The notes under the pieces were generated by a model. It searched no databases and was not told the origin of the DNA. It saw nothing but the letters and a program-made list of their open reading frames with translations. From contig NC_134478.1 in assembly GCF_964194025.1 (NCBI RefSeq), forward strand, positions 52,886,001-52,950,000: a DNA stretch of 64,000 nucleotides, written 5' to 3'. A program made the position numbers and the translations under genes. The stretch's first letter is position 1, and every line of letters begins with the position of its first letter. This DNA is from Convolutriloba macropyga (Eukaryota). This document shows, piece by piece, positions 48,060 to 60,007 of this stretch.

Positions 48060-50642
48060 AGGTATATATGAGTCATCAAAGGTCATTTGCACGTCATTTT
48101 TTCTCTTTTAATGTATGAGTTCAGGAGAAAACAATTTCTTAAGAAAAAGTTTTTTCAGTAGTGAAAATGAACGCAAAAATACTTTAAGAAAATGTCAATT
48201 GTGTTCATACAAAATATATATGAGTCATCAAAAGTCGTTTGAACATCACTATTTTTCTCTTAATGTACACGTCATAGAAAAAAATTTCTTAATCCAAAAT
48301 CGTTTAATTACAGCAAATTAACACAAAACTACAAAAAAAAATTTAAAAAATGGACTCATGATACAAGAAAAAGTATACATGAGTCATCAATGGTCAATTG
48401 CACATCATTTTTAATCCTCTTAATGTACAAGTCTTATATGAAAATTTTCTACAGGAAATGTTGTTCCATTAGTGAATACTAGCACAAAACTACTTAAAAA
48501 AACATCATTTAGTTTCACATAAAATACTTATGAGTCATCAAAGGTCAACTGTAAATCATTTTTTTTCCTCTCAATGTACATATCTTAGAGGAAAGTTTCT
48601 CCAGGAAAAGTTGTTCCCCTAATGAAAACTAACACTAAATTATTTTAAAACATCAATTTTGCTCACATAACATTTATATGAGACATCAAAGGTCAATTGT
48701 ACATCTTTTTTTTCTCTGAATGTACAAGTCCTGGAGAAAAATTTCTTAAGGAAAATTGTTCCATTAGTGAAGACTATCACTAAAAATTTTTTTAAAAATA
48801 TTTTTTTTGCTCACATAACTTATATTTGAGTCATCAAAGGTCAAATAGATCATTTTTTTCCTCTTAACGTACAAGTCACAGAGAAAAATTTTCTACGTAA
48901 AAGTGGTTCCAATAGTGAAAAATAACACAAACCAGTTTAAAAAAACGTGAATTTTGGCCAAATAACATACAAATGAGATATCAAAGCTCAATTGTAAATA
49001 ATTTTTTCGCTCTTAATGTACAAGTCCTAGAGTAAAATTTCTTAAGAAAAAGTTGTTCCATTAGTGAAAACTATCAAAAAACTGCTTAAAAAACATCAAT
49101 TTTGCTCACATATATATGATTCATCAAAGGTCAATTGTTCATCGTTTTTTCCCTCTTAATACGTAATTCACAGAGAAAAACTTCTTATGGAAAAGTTGGT
49201 CCATTAGTGAAAAACAACACTAAACTACTTTAAAAAACATCAATTTTGCTCAAATAAACTTATACGAGTCTTCGAAGCTCAATTGTACATCATTATTTTC
49301 CTCTCAATGTACAAGTCCTAGAGCAAAATTTCTTAAGGAAGAGTTGTTCCATAGTGAAAACTAACAAAAATTACTTTAAGAAAACATCAATTTTTCTCAT
49401 ATATTATATATATGAGTCATAAAAGGTCAAATACACCTCTTTTTCTTCTTAAAGAACAAGTCACAGAGATAAATTTTCAAAAATTTCCACAGAGAAAAAA
49501 GTTGTTCCAATAGTGAAAACTAACTAACACAAAAATCATTTTATAAAACGTCAATTCTGGTCGAATAAAATACATATGAGTTAGCAAAGGTCAGTTGTAC
49601 ATCATTTTTTCCTTCTTATTGTACAAGTCCTAGAGTTAAATTTCTTGAGGAAAAGTTGTTCCATTAGTGAAAGCTATCGAAAAACTACTTATAAATAAAC
49701 ATCAACTTTGCTCACATATATATGAGTCATCAAAGGTCAATTGTACATCATTTTTCCCCGTTAATACATAATTCCTAGAGAAAAACTTTTTATGGAAAAA
49801 TTTTTCCATTAGTGAAAAATAACACTAAACTGCTTTTAAAAAATCAATTTTGCTCACATAACATATATATGAGACATCAAAGGTCAATTGTACATCATTT
49901 TTTTTCTCTTAATGTACACGTCATAGAAAAAAATTTCAAAAGTAAAGGTTGATCCATTAGTGATAACTCAAGCAAAAAACTACTTAAAAACATCATTTAG
50001 TTTCGCATAGAGTATTTTTGAGTCATCAATGTTTATTTGTACATCATTTTTCTCTCTTAATGTGCAAGTCTTATATGAAAAATTTCTAAAGGAAAAGATG
50101 TTCCATTAGTGAAAACTAGCACAAAACGACTTAAAAAAACATCATTTAGTTTCACATAAAGTACTTATGAGTCATCAATTGTCAACTGTAAATCATTTTT
50201 TTCCTCTCATTTTACAAGCCCTAGAGAAAAGTTTCTTCAGGAAAAGTTGTTTCCCTAGTGAAAACTAACACTAAATTAAATTAAAAACATCAATTTTGCT
50301 CACAAAACATATATATGAGTCATCAGGGTCAATTGCACATCTTTTTGCTCTGAATGTACAAGTCCTAGAGAAACATTTCTTAAGGAAAAGTTTTTCCATT
50401 AGTGAAAACTGTCCTTAAACTTTTTTTTAAAAAATATATTTTTTGCTCACTTAACATATATTTGAGTCATCAAAGGTCAAATACATCATTTTTTTACTCC
50501 TAATGTAAAAGTCAAAGAGAAAATTTTTAAAGTAAAAATTTTTCCATAGTGAAAAGTAGCAAAAATCACTTTAAAAAAACGTCAATTTTCGTCAAATAAC
50601 ATACATATGAGATATCAAAGCTCAATTATGCATCATTTTTTC
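48060..50642. repeat. Satellite array, about 148-bp monomer, about 17.5 copies, with higher-order structure
   Basis: Core (a)tgagtcatcaaaggtca recurs at about 48069, 48220, 48379, 48530, 48678, 48826, 48973, 49116, 49264, 49412, 49576, 49722, 49870, 50019, 50167, 50315, 50462 and 50607. Confidence 0.95.
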
Positions 50643-51560
50643 GAGAAGTGGAATTTCGCGATAATATCGAGAATATCGAGATGTGGAACAACATCAACAT
50701 CGCCGTTGAACTTGCCCACAGAAGCATTAAGTGGAGGTTCAATCCGCCCAGTGCGCCACACCAAGGTGGCATCTGGGAGAGGTTGGTACGCAGTTTTAAG
50801 CAAATACTTTACACCATCCTCAGTACTCGTTGTCTCAAGGACGAAGTTCTGAACACTACTTTTTTTCTTGTCGAACACGCACTTAACGCACGCCCGTTAG
50901 CGCCCGGAAGCGCCGACCCGTCCGACATAGGCGCAATAACACCTAATCATTTCCTACTCGGTAACCAATCAACAGCAATTCCGTTAATCGTTGGCGTCGA
51001 CGAGTTCGATCATTGTAAACGGTACGCCTGCGCACAGTCGTACGCTAACGCTATTTGGTCAGGTTGGATCAAAGAGTACGTACTGGCGCTGAACCGATGT
51101 TCCAAGTGGCAGACGCCTACAGAGCGACACCTAAAAACTGGTGACTTGGTCTGGGTAGTTGAAGAGACCAACCCAAGGGGTTACTACCCTACTGCACGGA
51201 TCACCGAAATTAGTTACAGTTCCGACAACGTCGCAAGCTCCGCCGTTTTGCGCACGTCCACCGGATCGCTCGTCCGCCCGCTTGTAAAATTGGTACCCAT
51301 CCTCCCAACATCTTCTGGTCCGGAGGATGTTAACAAGTAAATAGATTTAAAGCAAGAAATATATCAACCAATCAAAATTGAGTATTTAAATTACGTATAG
51401 AATTGCGTCCGATTTACGTGAAAAGTTCGGAAAAAGTTCGTATAACCTAATTTTAAGTAAATATAACCACGATATGTACGGATTAAAGTTGTTTTCGGCT
51501 TAAGATTTTTAGGTTTTTTAGACGATTGTTAATCGAATATGAACCAATTCTGACGTCAAT
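50643..51560 (+). mobile_element. BEL/Pao LTR retrotransposon 3' fragment (integrase C-half, C-terminal domain, start of 3' LTR)
   Basis: WRFNPPSAPHQGGIWERLVRSFK, LNARPL, ITPNHFL, W.KEY and RPLVKL. PPT ggagga then TGT at 51328. LTR end uncertain. Confidence 0.85.
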
Positions 51561-51681
51561 AACATCAGACAAAAAAACCGGTAAAAGAGCATAAAAAAAT
51601 CCTTGCCGTCTAAACACTCACTTGTTACTACCACCAATGCTATGTACGTTGTCTACTTATACGTTGCTTTCAGAACACTTT

Positions 51682-51752
51682 GTTATACTGATATATTCAA
51701 CACAAAGCTGTACTGATATATTCAACTTGTTGATATACTGATATATTCAATA
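51682..51752. repeat. Minisatellite tactgatatattcaa x3
   Basis: Seen directly, about 25-nt period. Confidence 0.8.
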
Positions 51753-51799
51753 CGTTGCTATACAGACAAAAATCTTCGAAAGAGTGTTTTACACCTCTA

Positions 51800-54700
51800 T
51801 ACAATCATTCTTTGTTTTTTTTCAATTCACAGTTTTTTTTGTTTTTGAAGCAAACTCGTTACGATATGCTTCTCTGGGCTATGAGCTATGGCATATCCTC
51901 CGGAATCTCAACCAGGTCACAACGGGCGTCGAAGCGCACCCATCGATCCACCTGTGTGAAATTCTTTCCTCTCTAAATTTGACCATTCGGCGGCAAATCG
52001 AATTTTACTGCAATCCGGCTGTGTAACAGCATTTTTTAAATTAAATTTATAATACTAAGGTCTGCATGCGTGAGTGCCGTTAATACCCTTCTCTGACTGG
52101 TCAAATTGGAAACAAGATACAAAAGTCAATGCCGTACGTATTAAGACTTTGATTTTCGTTGGTTTCTGAGGGCGCTGTGAAGAGAGAATGGTAGTTTTGT
52201 CCATTCCTATTTTCAAAAGACAAACGGAAAAATATGCGTGCAAGAATATGCTTTCTGCGAGTGTGTTTTCTTTATCAATTGTAGCCTTTCAAAACATTTT
52301 ATTAGTTTTAACTCTAACCTCTTCAACCAAAGTGCTGTTATATAAATATATTAACTATAATTGAACTTTTGGGAACATTTTCAATCATCGGTAGCAAAAG
52401 TCAGATTTTGAAGTACAATTTTGAGCTGTTTTTGTCATATGGCCTTTTAGGCGCGTTTTCCAAGTTTTGGAATTGTTCTTCAATTTTAATTTTTTTTCAC
52501 TTGGGAACAATCTGCTGCTTATTTTGAGTTGCTTTGTCAAAAGAAACTGAATAATTTTGACAAAATGCGGCCTAAAGCTCATTCTAGTCTTCGTTTCCAC
52601 TATTTTTGTGGTTTGGTGGATATATACTGCCACTTTTTGTATTTGTATTTTGCATTAATTATAGTCTTGCAGAAACTGTATTACCAGCTCTGTTAAAAAA
52701 TGGCGTGGAGTAGCTAATTGAAGGAATTTCAGGGAAAAAATATCAGATTGTTCTTCTCTAAGAATGTTTTTCTTACTTAACTCGATTTCTTAGAAAAATC
52801 AGTAGAATTGCGAAAAGGTTTAAATTTGTTTATTGGGTAGTCTTTGTCTAAAGATTAAATGAGTTTTTACTTCGAGTCTTTTGGCTATATTTCCTTATTT
52901 TTGAAATCAAAAATAGTTTTGTCGAGTCAGTAACACATTTAACGCTAATAAAATGTTCTTCCCAAAAACTGATATATCAGCCTGCGCGGAGAAAGTAAGT
53001 TATGACTTTCCATACTCAATTCAACCACTTCCCACTAGTTTTATCTACGCAAACACACAAACACAAAAACAAACACAATAAATCACGAATGGACCTATAG
53101 AAAAGCAGATCAGACTTGAGAAAAGGTAACACTATGAAAAAAACAGTGTTCAGTCGCTATTGACTTTGAACAGACCCTTTCCTGTCATACTGGAGAATGC
53201 TGAACTTGGGTGCAGAAAAAAATATTATTTTTGACCATGTCTAAAGCGAAAAAAGATTACTCGATACTATATTGGCATGTGTTGTGAGTCTAAATACGAT
53301 TTAGTATGTTGTCTGAATTCTCATTAGTCTCTTCATACAAAAATTGTTAAATGTATAGGACTACTATACACTCATGCACACAACNNNNNNNNNNNNNNNN
53401 NNNNNNNNNNNNNNNNNNNNNNNNNNNNNNNNNNNNNNNNNNNNNNNNNNNNNNNNNNNNNNNNNNNNNNNNNNNNNNNNNNNNNNNNNNNNNNNNNNNN
53501 NNNNNNNNNNNNNNNNNNNNNNNNNNNNNNNNNNNNNNNNNNNNNNNNNNNNNNNNNNNNNNNNNNNNNNNNNNNNNNNNNNNNNNNNNNNAGTATCAAA
53601 CATCAACAGCAATCATCAAGTAGTATATTGCTCTCACATGAACAAACAAACTTTAAACTTTAAATTAACTTTACTCATTAACAATACCTTTCTAACCTAA
53701 ATAAGACCTCTTTCTCCACTTCCAATCGTTCTCTGTTTTTTTTCAATTCACAGTTTTCTTTTTGTTTTTGAAGCGAACTCGTTCAAATATGCTTCTCTGG
53801 GCTATGAGCTCTGGTATGTCTTCCCGAATCTCGACCACCCCGCAACGGGCGTCGAAGCTCGCCCATCGATCCATCTGTGTGAAATACTTTCCTTTTATTA
53901 TCAGACCATTCGGCGGCAAATTGAATTTTACTGCTATCTGGCTGTGTTACAGCATTGTCTTTTTTCTAGATTTATAATACTTAAGGTCTGCATGCGTGAG
54001 TGCCGTTAATACCCTTCTCTGATTGGTCAAATTGGAAACAAGATACAAAAGTCAATGCCGCACGTATTAGGACATTGATTTTCGTTGGTTTCTGAGGGCG
54101 CTGTGAAGAGAGAATGGTAGTTTTGTCCATTCCTATTTTCGAAAGACAAACGGAAAAATATGCGTGCAAGAATATGCTTTCTGCGAGTGTGTTTTCTTTA
54201 TCAATTGTAGCCTTTCAAAACATTTTATTAGTTTTAACTCTAACCTCTTCAACCAAAGTGCTGTTATATAAATATATTAACTACAATTGCAAGTTTGGGA
54301 ACATTTTAATCATTGGAAGCAAATCGTCAGAATTTAAAGTACAATTTTGAGCTATTTTTGTCCTATGGCCTTTTAGGCGCGTTTTCCAAGTTTTGGAATC
54401 GTTCTTCAATTTTAATTTTATTACTTGGGAACAATCTGCTGCTTATTTTGAGTTGCTTTGTCAAAAGAAACTGAATAATTTTGACAAAATGCGGCCTAAA
54501 ACTCATTCTAGTCTTCGTTTCCATTATTTTTGTGGTTTGGTTGATATATACTGCCACTTTGTCTTTGTATTTTGCATTAAGAAACTGTATTACCAGATCT
54601 GTTGAAAAAATTTAAGCGGAGTAGGTAATTGAAGAAAAATAGCTAATTCTCAGGAAAAAAATTATCAGATTGTTTCTTTACCAGAATGTTTTTCTTACTT

Positions 54701-54955
54701 ATATTGATTTCTAAGAATAATCAGTAGAAATACATTTTCATTATTTTTGAGGTCAAAAATAATTTTGCCGACTCAGTAAAACATTTAACGCTAAAGAAAA
54801 CTGTTCTTCCCAAAAACTGATATATCAGCCAGCGCCGAAGAAGTAAGTTATGACTTTCTATGCTCAATTCAACCACTCCCCATTCGTTTTATCTACGCAA
54901 ACACACAAACACAAAAACAAACAAACATAAATCACTTCTGGACCTATAGAAAAGC
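51800..54955. repeat. Direct duplication of an uncharacterised 1.25-1.3-kb non-coding segment
   Basis: 51800-53105 and 53722-54955 are highly similar, separated by a gap-containing spacer. Confidence 0.85.
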
Positions 54956-55858
54956 AAGGAAAATTGTAGAGTGTAAAAAGAGTGGCGAGAAGAGTGTAAA
55001 AAGAGTGCATTTTCTTCAAATAACACTCTTACACTCTTTTCCCCAATAAATATGAGTGGAAAACGCATCACAACCTAATCCCCGATAGTTAGGGGTGGAT
55101 TAAGTTTGAAAATTCCTCCCGGGAGTTTAGACAAATTATGAAGTCAAAAGTAAGCCATCATCTAAGTTTAATGTTTAATTGAATGTTCAGAGTCTAGACT
55201 TGGACTCGGTAGTACACCAATTTGGGATAAAGTTTTGGAAACAACTTTTGCACCTTTCGTTTCTTACACTATAGGTGTTTTGCTCTTATTAAGTAGAGAT
55301 CCTTGTTTTACAGTGTAGAAAGTTGCCTTAAAATGTGAAATGTTTCACTTTTGGCCAATTATGAATGAATTTGTGTCGCCGTTAAATATTAGAAAAAAGA
55401 ATTGAGTGGTTTGTCATTTCGTGATATCTTTCATTTTTTTTATTGTACCGCACTCATCGACTTACTTTTCACTTTTGGTTCACGCTTATAATAGTTTGCT
55501 CAAGTGTGAATAGTTTGATCTTCAAAAAAAAATTGAGAGAGAACAGAGTTGAATTAAATTTGATCTCATGATAACTTTTTCTTCTGTGAAAGTTTGATGA
55601 AGTTAATCGGTTGCTTATAGGGTTTTCTTTCCGTTGTGCTAAGAATACTAACTTGTCCGGAAAACAAATCTGACCAAAAAGCATTAATTGCTTACCTGTT
55701 GGGCTTTTGCGCTCGATTTAACAAATACTTCAAAGCGAAATTTTTCCAATATAACTTCTTAGCTATCTGCAACTTGTTTATTCTTTATATAAATAAAATA
55801 GTAAGGTGATTGTTTATTTACGTTTATATCGTGATTTGGACTGAACAAAAATTTTCAG

Positions 55859-56005
55859 TGTCAATTTTGGAGCGTCCTTGCCGTATGAAGATGATCTGGA
55901 AAGTGTTAGTTCTACGTCTAATATCTGTTGAAGTGGTTTTATCCCTGCCGAAGACACTCGAAGACTCCAAGGGAAATTTGACTAAAGAGCAAGAAATAAT
56001 GAACA
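55859..56005 (+). CDS. Candidate first coding exon of a secreted protein
   Basis: ttttcag| acceptor, ATG at 55885, signal-peptide-like MKMIWKVLVLRLISVEVVLS-LP, donor a|gtgagt. Confidence 0.3.
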
Positions 56006-56411
56006 GTGAGTAAATCTTAATCATTGTCGGATAACCTGCAATTTTTCGATTCACAATTCCTAAAACTTGCTCTCGCATATTCCTATAAGTAAAGACGTAC
56101 ATCTCATCAGGTCACTGAGAAAATATGTCACTCGTAAATAACCCTGTAGCACTCCGAGATACGTTACCTTGCTTGAAACACTCACAAGTTTGAAATAAAA
56201 AATTCCAGATCTCTGCACGTCCGAACTCTACATTGACATTTTTTCCTTTATTCAGAGCAAGATCTTTAAAATTGAGTGGCTCTTCTCAAGGATAATCGAA
56301 TTTCTGATTTTTATCTTGAACCGCCGCACCATTCTCGACAAAGGCCAGATTTTTTATAAAGCTTCATTAGAGTCTCGTCCACAAAACAACGCCTTGAATT
56401 TACAATCTCAA

Positions 56412-58545
56412 AGTTTTTTTTTAAATCTGCAAACATGTAAATTAAACTAACCACTTGGTTAATGTTACATGTTAGAAATTTATTAATCAAACATTATTTT
56501 TTTCTAATTTATAACAAACTAAGGTTCGGTTTTCGTAAAATAATTTAATAAAAAATATGTTTAAATCCTGCAACCCTTCTGTCTATTGGAACTCTTTCGT
56601 GTCGTTTAAGCATTTCCGCTGTAACTTTTTGTTTAAATTTGGTCTTCGACGTTTCTTTTCTAATTGTAATTGGAAGTGTGTTCCATTTTCGAATAAAGTT
56701 ACGAACAATTGAACCATTACTCCATTTTGACTTACATTTTTGTTCTAAGAAAAGGTTATGGGTTTGTTTGTTTACAATAATAGGCACGTTTTCTAAAAAT
56801 CTGAAATGTTTATTAGAGCGATTTCTTGTTTGTTGGAGAATATTGAAAAACCTATTTAAAGACACCCGTGTTATTTGGAGCTCTGCTGGAAGAATTTTAG
56901 TCTCCAGAAGTAGATCTCTGGCAGTATCGTATTTGGTTTTCATAAAGCAAACTTTTATTCCCCAGTTTATCTGTTTGTTAATTCTGTCAATAGAGTAAGA
57001 TGGTAAATTTTGAAAAAAATTGCGCTAAAATCTAAATGAGACAAAACTAGTGATTTAAAAAGATTTATCCTTGTTTTTAGCGGTACCTGATAACGAACCA
57101 AATATAATGATCTGATTGCTGAAGCCATTTTACTGATAACCTTATTTAGTTGATTTTGGTATGTCAGTTCCCTATCAATTATTACAACTACCTAAATATC
57201 TATATTTTTCAGATGCTTCCAATCGGTGTCCCTTGAAATCGACAGTTTCAATGATCGGCAATTTTTCCTTCCTGAACACCATTAACTCCGTTTTTTCTCA
57301 ATCAAAGTTAACCTGTTTTGTTTCATATATTGATCTGTCTTGTTTAATGTATCTTCAGCTATTAGCTGCAAATTTGCTTCATTCTTTGCATGACATAGAA
57401 TTGCTGTATCATCGGCAAACTGTAATACATCACAATTCGTTGATACAGCTTCACTGAAATCGTTGACATAAAGTATAAAAATTAGAGGCCCTAAGACAGT
57501 TCCTTGAAGAACACCGTGTTTTATGACAACCCAATCTGATTTTGCTATCCCATTTTTTACACACTGTTTTCTATCACAAAGGAAAGAGTTTAATAAGATT
57601 CTTGCATTTTCTCCAATTCCATACCTTTTTATTTTGTTCATAAAAACATCTATAGATATTGAGTTGAAAGCCTTTGCTAAGTCTAAAAAGAGTGTGTCAA
57701 CAATTTCGTTTTCGTCAACACATTGGTTTATCTTTTCAGTTAATGAAATGATAGAATCGAGACAGGACTTTTGCTTTTGAAAGCCGAATTGATACTTGTT
57801 AATCAGACCATTAAGAGTTAGTTGTTCAAGTAGTAATCGCTCAAAAATTTTTGCTAGAGTTGGTGTGACTAATATGGGTCGATAGTTTTCTGGTTCTAGT
57901 TGGTCTCCCTTCTTATAGACAGGTGTAACATGCGCTGTTTTTAAAATATTAGGAAACGTGTTTTTGTTTATACATTCATTGACGACAAATTGTAAATGAG
58001 TTCCAATAGACAGTTTACTATCTTTTAGCGCCCATGCTGGTATATAGCCCGGTCCGGGAGATTTATGCTTAGGTAGATTATCAATAACATTATACAATCG
58101 TAAAGATTTGTAAATGTTATAAATCTCTGATTTTGGGTTTTTCTTCCACGCATTAAAGAGACGGTGTTTGTCATTTATGAGACCACGTAATTCTTTTGTC
58201 AACCATTGCTTTTGTTGTTTTTTGGTACTACTTTCTACCAACTTCAAGGGTGCATGACAACTCAGTATATTTTCAAAAATTTCGATAAATTTTAAAAACA
58301 TTTCGTTCGGCTCATTTCTCTGGTACAAAGGCGACCAATCTTGCAGCGCAATGTCACGATTGAAATTTGATCTTGAATATTTCTTGGTATTACGTATCAA
58401 AAACTGCCTTTTCTTATCACTGTGATCTATTTTTAATGATGACTGATATACTATTGTGAAGTGATCAACTCCAAGAGTCAACTCTAGAACACTGGTTTTA
58501 AAAATTTGGGTCTTCGAGATAAAGCAGTGATCAATTAACGAATTT
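56412..58545 (-). mobile_element. CR1/L2-group LINE (APE end, RT, C-terminus, 3' UTR, A-tail), internally deleted
   Basis: LIDH/VDH, KSPGPG, ENYRPI, LFLDLAKAFNSI, QGTVLGPLIF and QFADDT. A-run at about 56414-56422. Related to the 15765 and 18215 copies. Confidence 0.9.
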
Positions 58546-58774
58546 TACACCAATCAAATCATACAAGTGGTCTTAACAAACTGAGATGATAGATGATGAT
58601 ATTTTAACAGATTCACACTATAAAAACTCCATCCATTTTTCACACCAAAAGAAAATTTGCCAAAGAAATTTTGATAGGGTTTTCCATTTTTTAATCAAGT
58701 TTTAATTTGGAGTTAAATATTAGAAATCTAGAAGGAAGAAAAAACTATATAATAATTAAATTTCAGAACGGAGT

Positions 58775-59120
58775 TAATTGATAGCCGCGTGAGCAAATCC
58801 AGGCGGCTATTTTTGCGCTCCTAAATCTTTACAATTAAAAAAATTTGAATTGTATTGGGGCGCTGTCTTTTTATAAGATATGTTCACACATTCTCATGAT
58901 TGTTGAAGTCAAATTGGAGTAGTGATTTTGGTCACGCCGAAACAGGAAGTGGAGCGAAAATGCGAGTGGTTATGCGGCGTGAAATTTTTTCGCTCTAATT
59001 GTAAAGTAGATTGATGAAAGGGTGTTTGAACGAAAATTTGCTTTCTCTCTAATTGTGTTTGTTCACACGCGGCAATTTCACTTTAATTTTTACTGTTTTT
59101 TTTCATTTTTTTGAATCGGT
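58775..59120 (+). mobile_element. HINE-like element family B, copy 2 (inverted relative to 11130-11567)
   Basis: Reverse complement of 11255-11505. Terminal hairpin atagccgc...gcggctat at 58781-58810. Confidence 0.65.
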
Positions 59121-59176
59121 GTTCGGGCCTATCTCAGGTTATCAATATAATATTCAACTAAGTTTTAAGGCCGCCC

Positions 59177-60007
59177 TGTTCGCGTTATAAATTTCTCTCT
59201 AAAATTAGAAAGAATAGAAAGCACTGTATTATGAGACGGTTAATTTTTTGTCTAATTGTCCAATACAAGTTATAAAGGCATAAAAAATAAAGTTAAACAA
59301 AGCGTGCTTAATATTTAAATGGACATATGTTCCTTAAATATCAATGAAAGCAAAACCAAATCATATTTATAAATGGTACATAAACTTCAGAGCGTTTATG
59401 GTAAGAATCAACAGAATCATCTTTTAAGTTAACTGCATTTCCGTTTTCTTAATCAAATACAATTTTTTGTACAACAAACATAAATACTTGAATAAATTTA
59501 CTACTGGAAAATATATGAAGAAAGTGTACGTAAAATAACCAGCTATGATTGAAACAGATCAAGTAGCACTATACTAGCTGAGATTTGAGTACACAATCAA
59601 TAAATAAGTACAATTAAGGTTATATGAACTAAATAACAGATTTTCACATTTTCAGATATGTCCAAATTGGGGCTAAAATATACGTTTTTTTTGACAATAA
59701 CTCGGAAACTAAAAAGAAATCAACACCAAATTTAGTGACTCGATAGACATTGGTGAGATACACATTGTGAGTGAAAATGAGGGTTCTATCTCGAAAGGCT
59801 GAAGTAGGGCTACCTTTTAAATTCTGTAAGCAATCTTAATACATGGGGTAAATTTTCAAATGTTAATAGCTCCCACACTAATGATTCAAATTTCAGCAAA
59901 CTTGGCAGTGACTAGCACTAGTCTACAATATAGCATATGAAAAAAGATTGAACTAAACTGGACATGTAGTTTTTGAGATAATGAGATTTCATTTTCAGAC
60001 CGCAACA
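59177..60007 (-). repeat. Probable 3' LTR of the BEL/Pao element
   Basis: PPT-like aaaacagggccggcta followed by TGTTG at 60007. Candidate end ..gcgaACA at 59177. May include a nested insertion. Confidence 0.4.

Noticed and set aside
48060-50642. CRISPR-like array (regularly spaced conserved motif)
   Set aside because: The intervening sequences are homologous to each other rather than unique spacers, there are no cas genes, and the context is eukaryotic.
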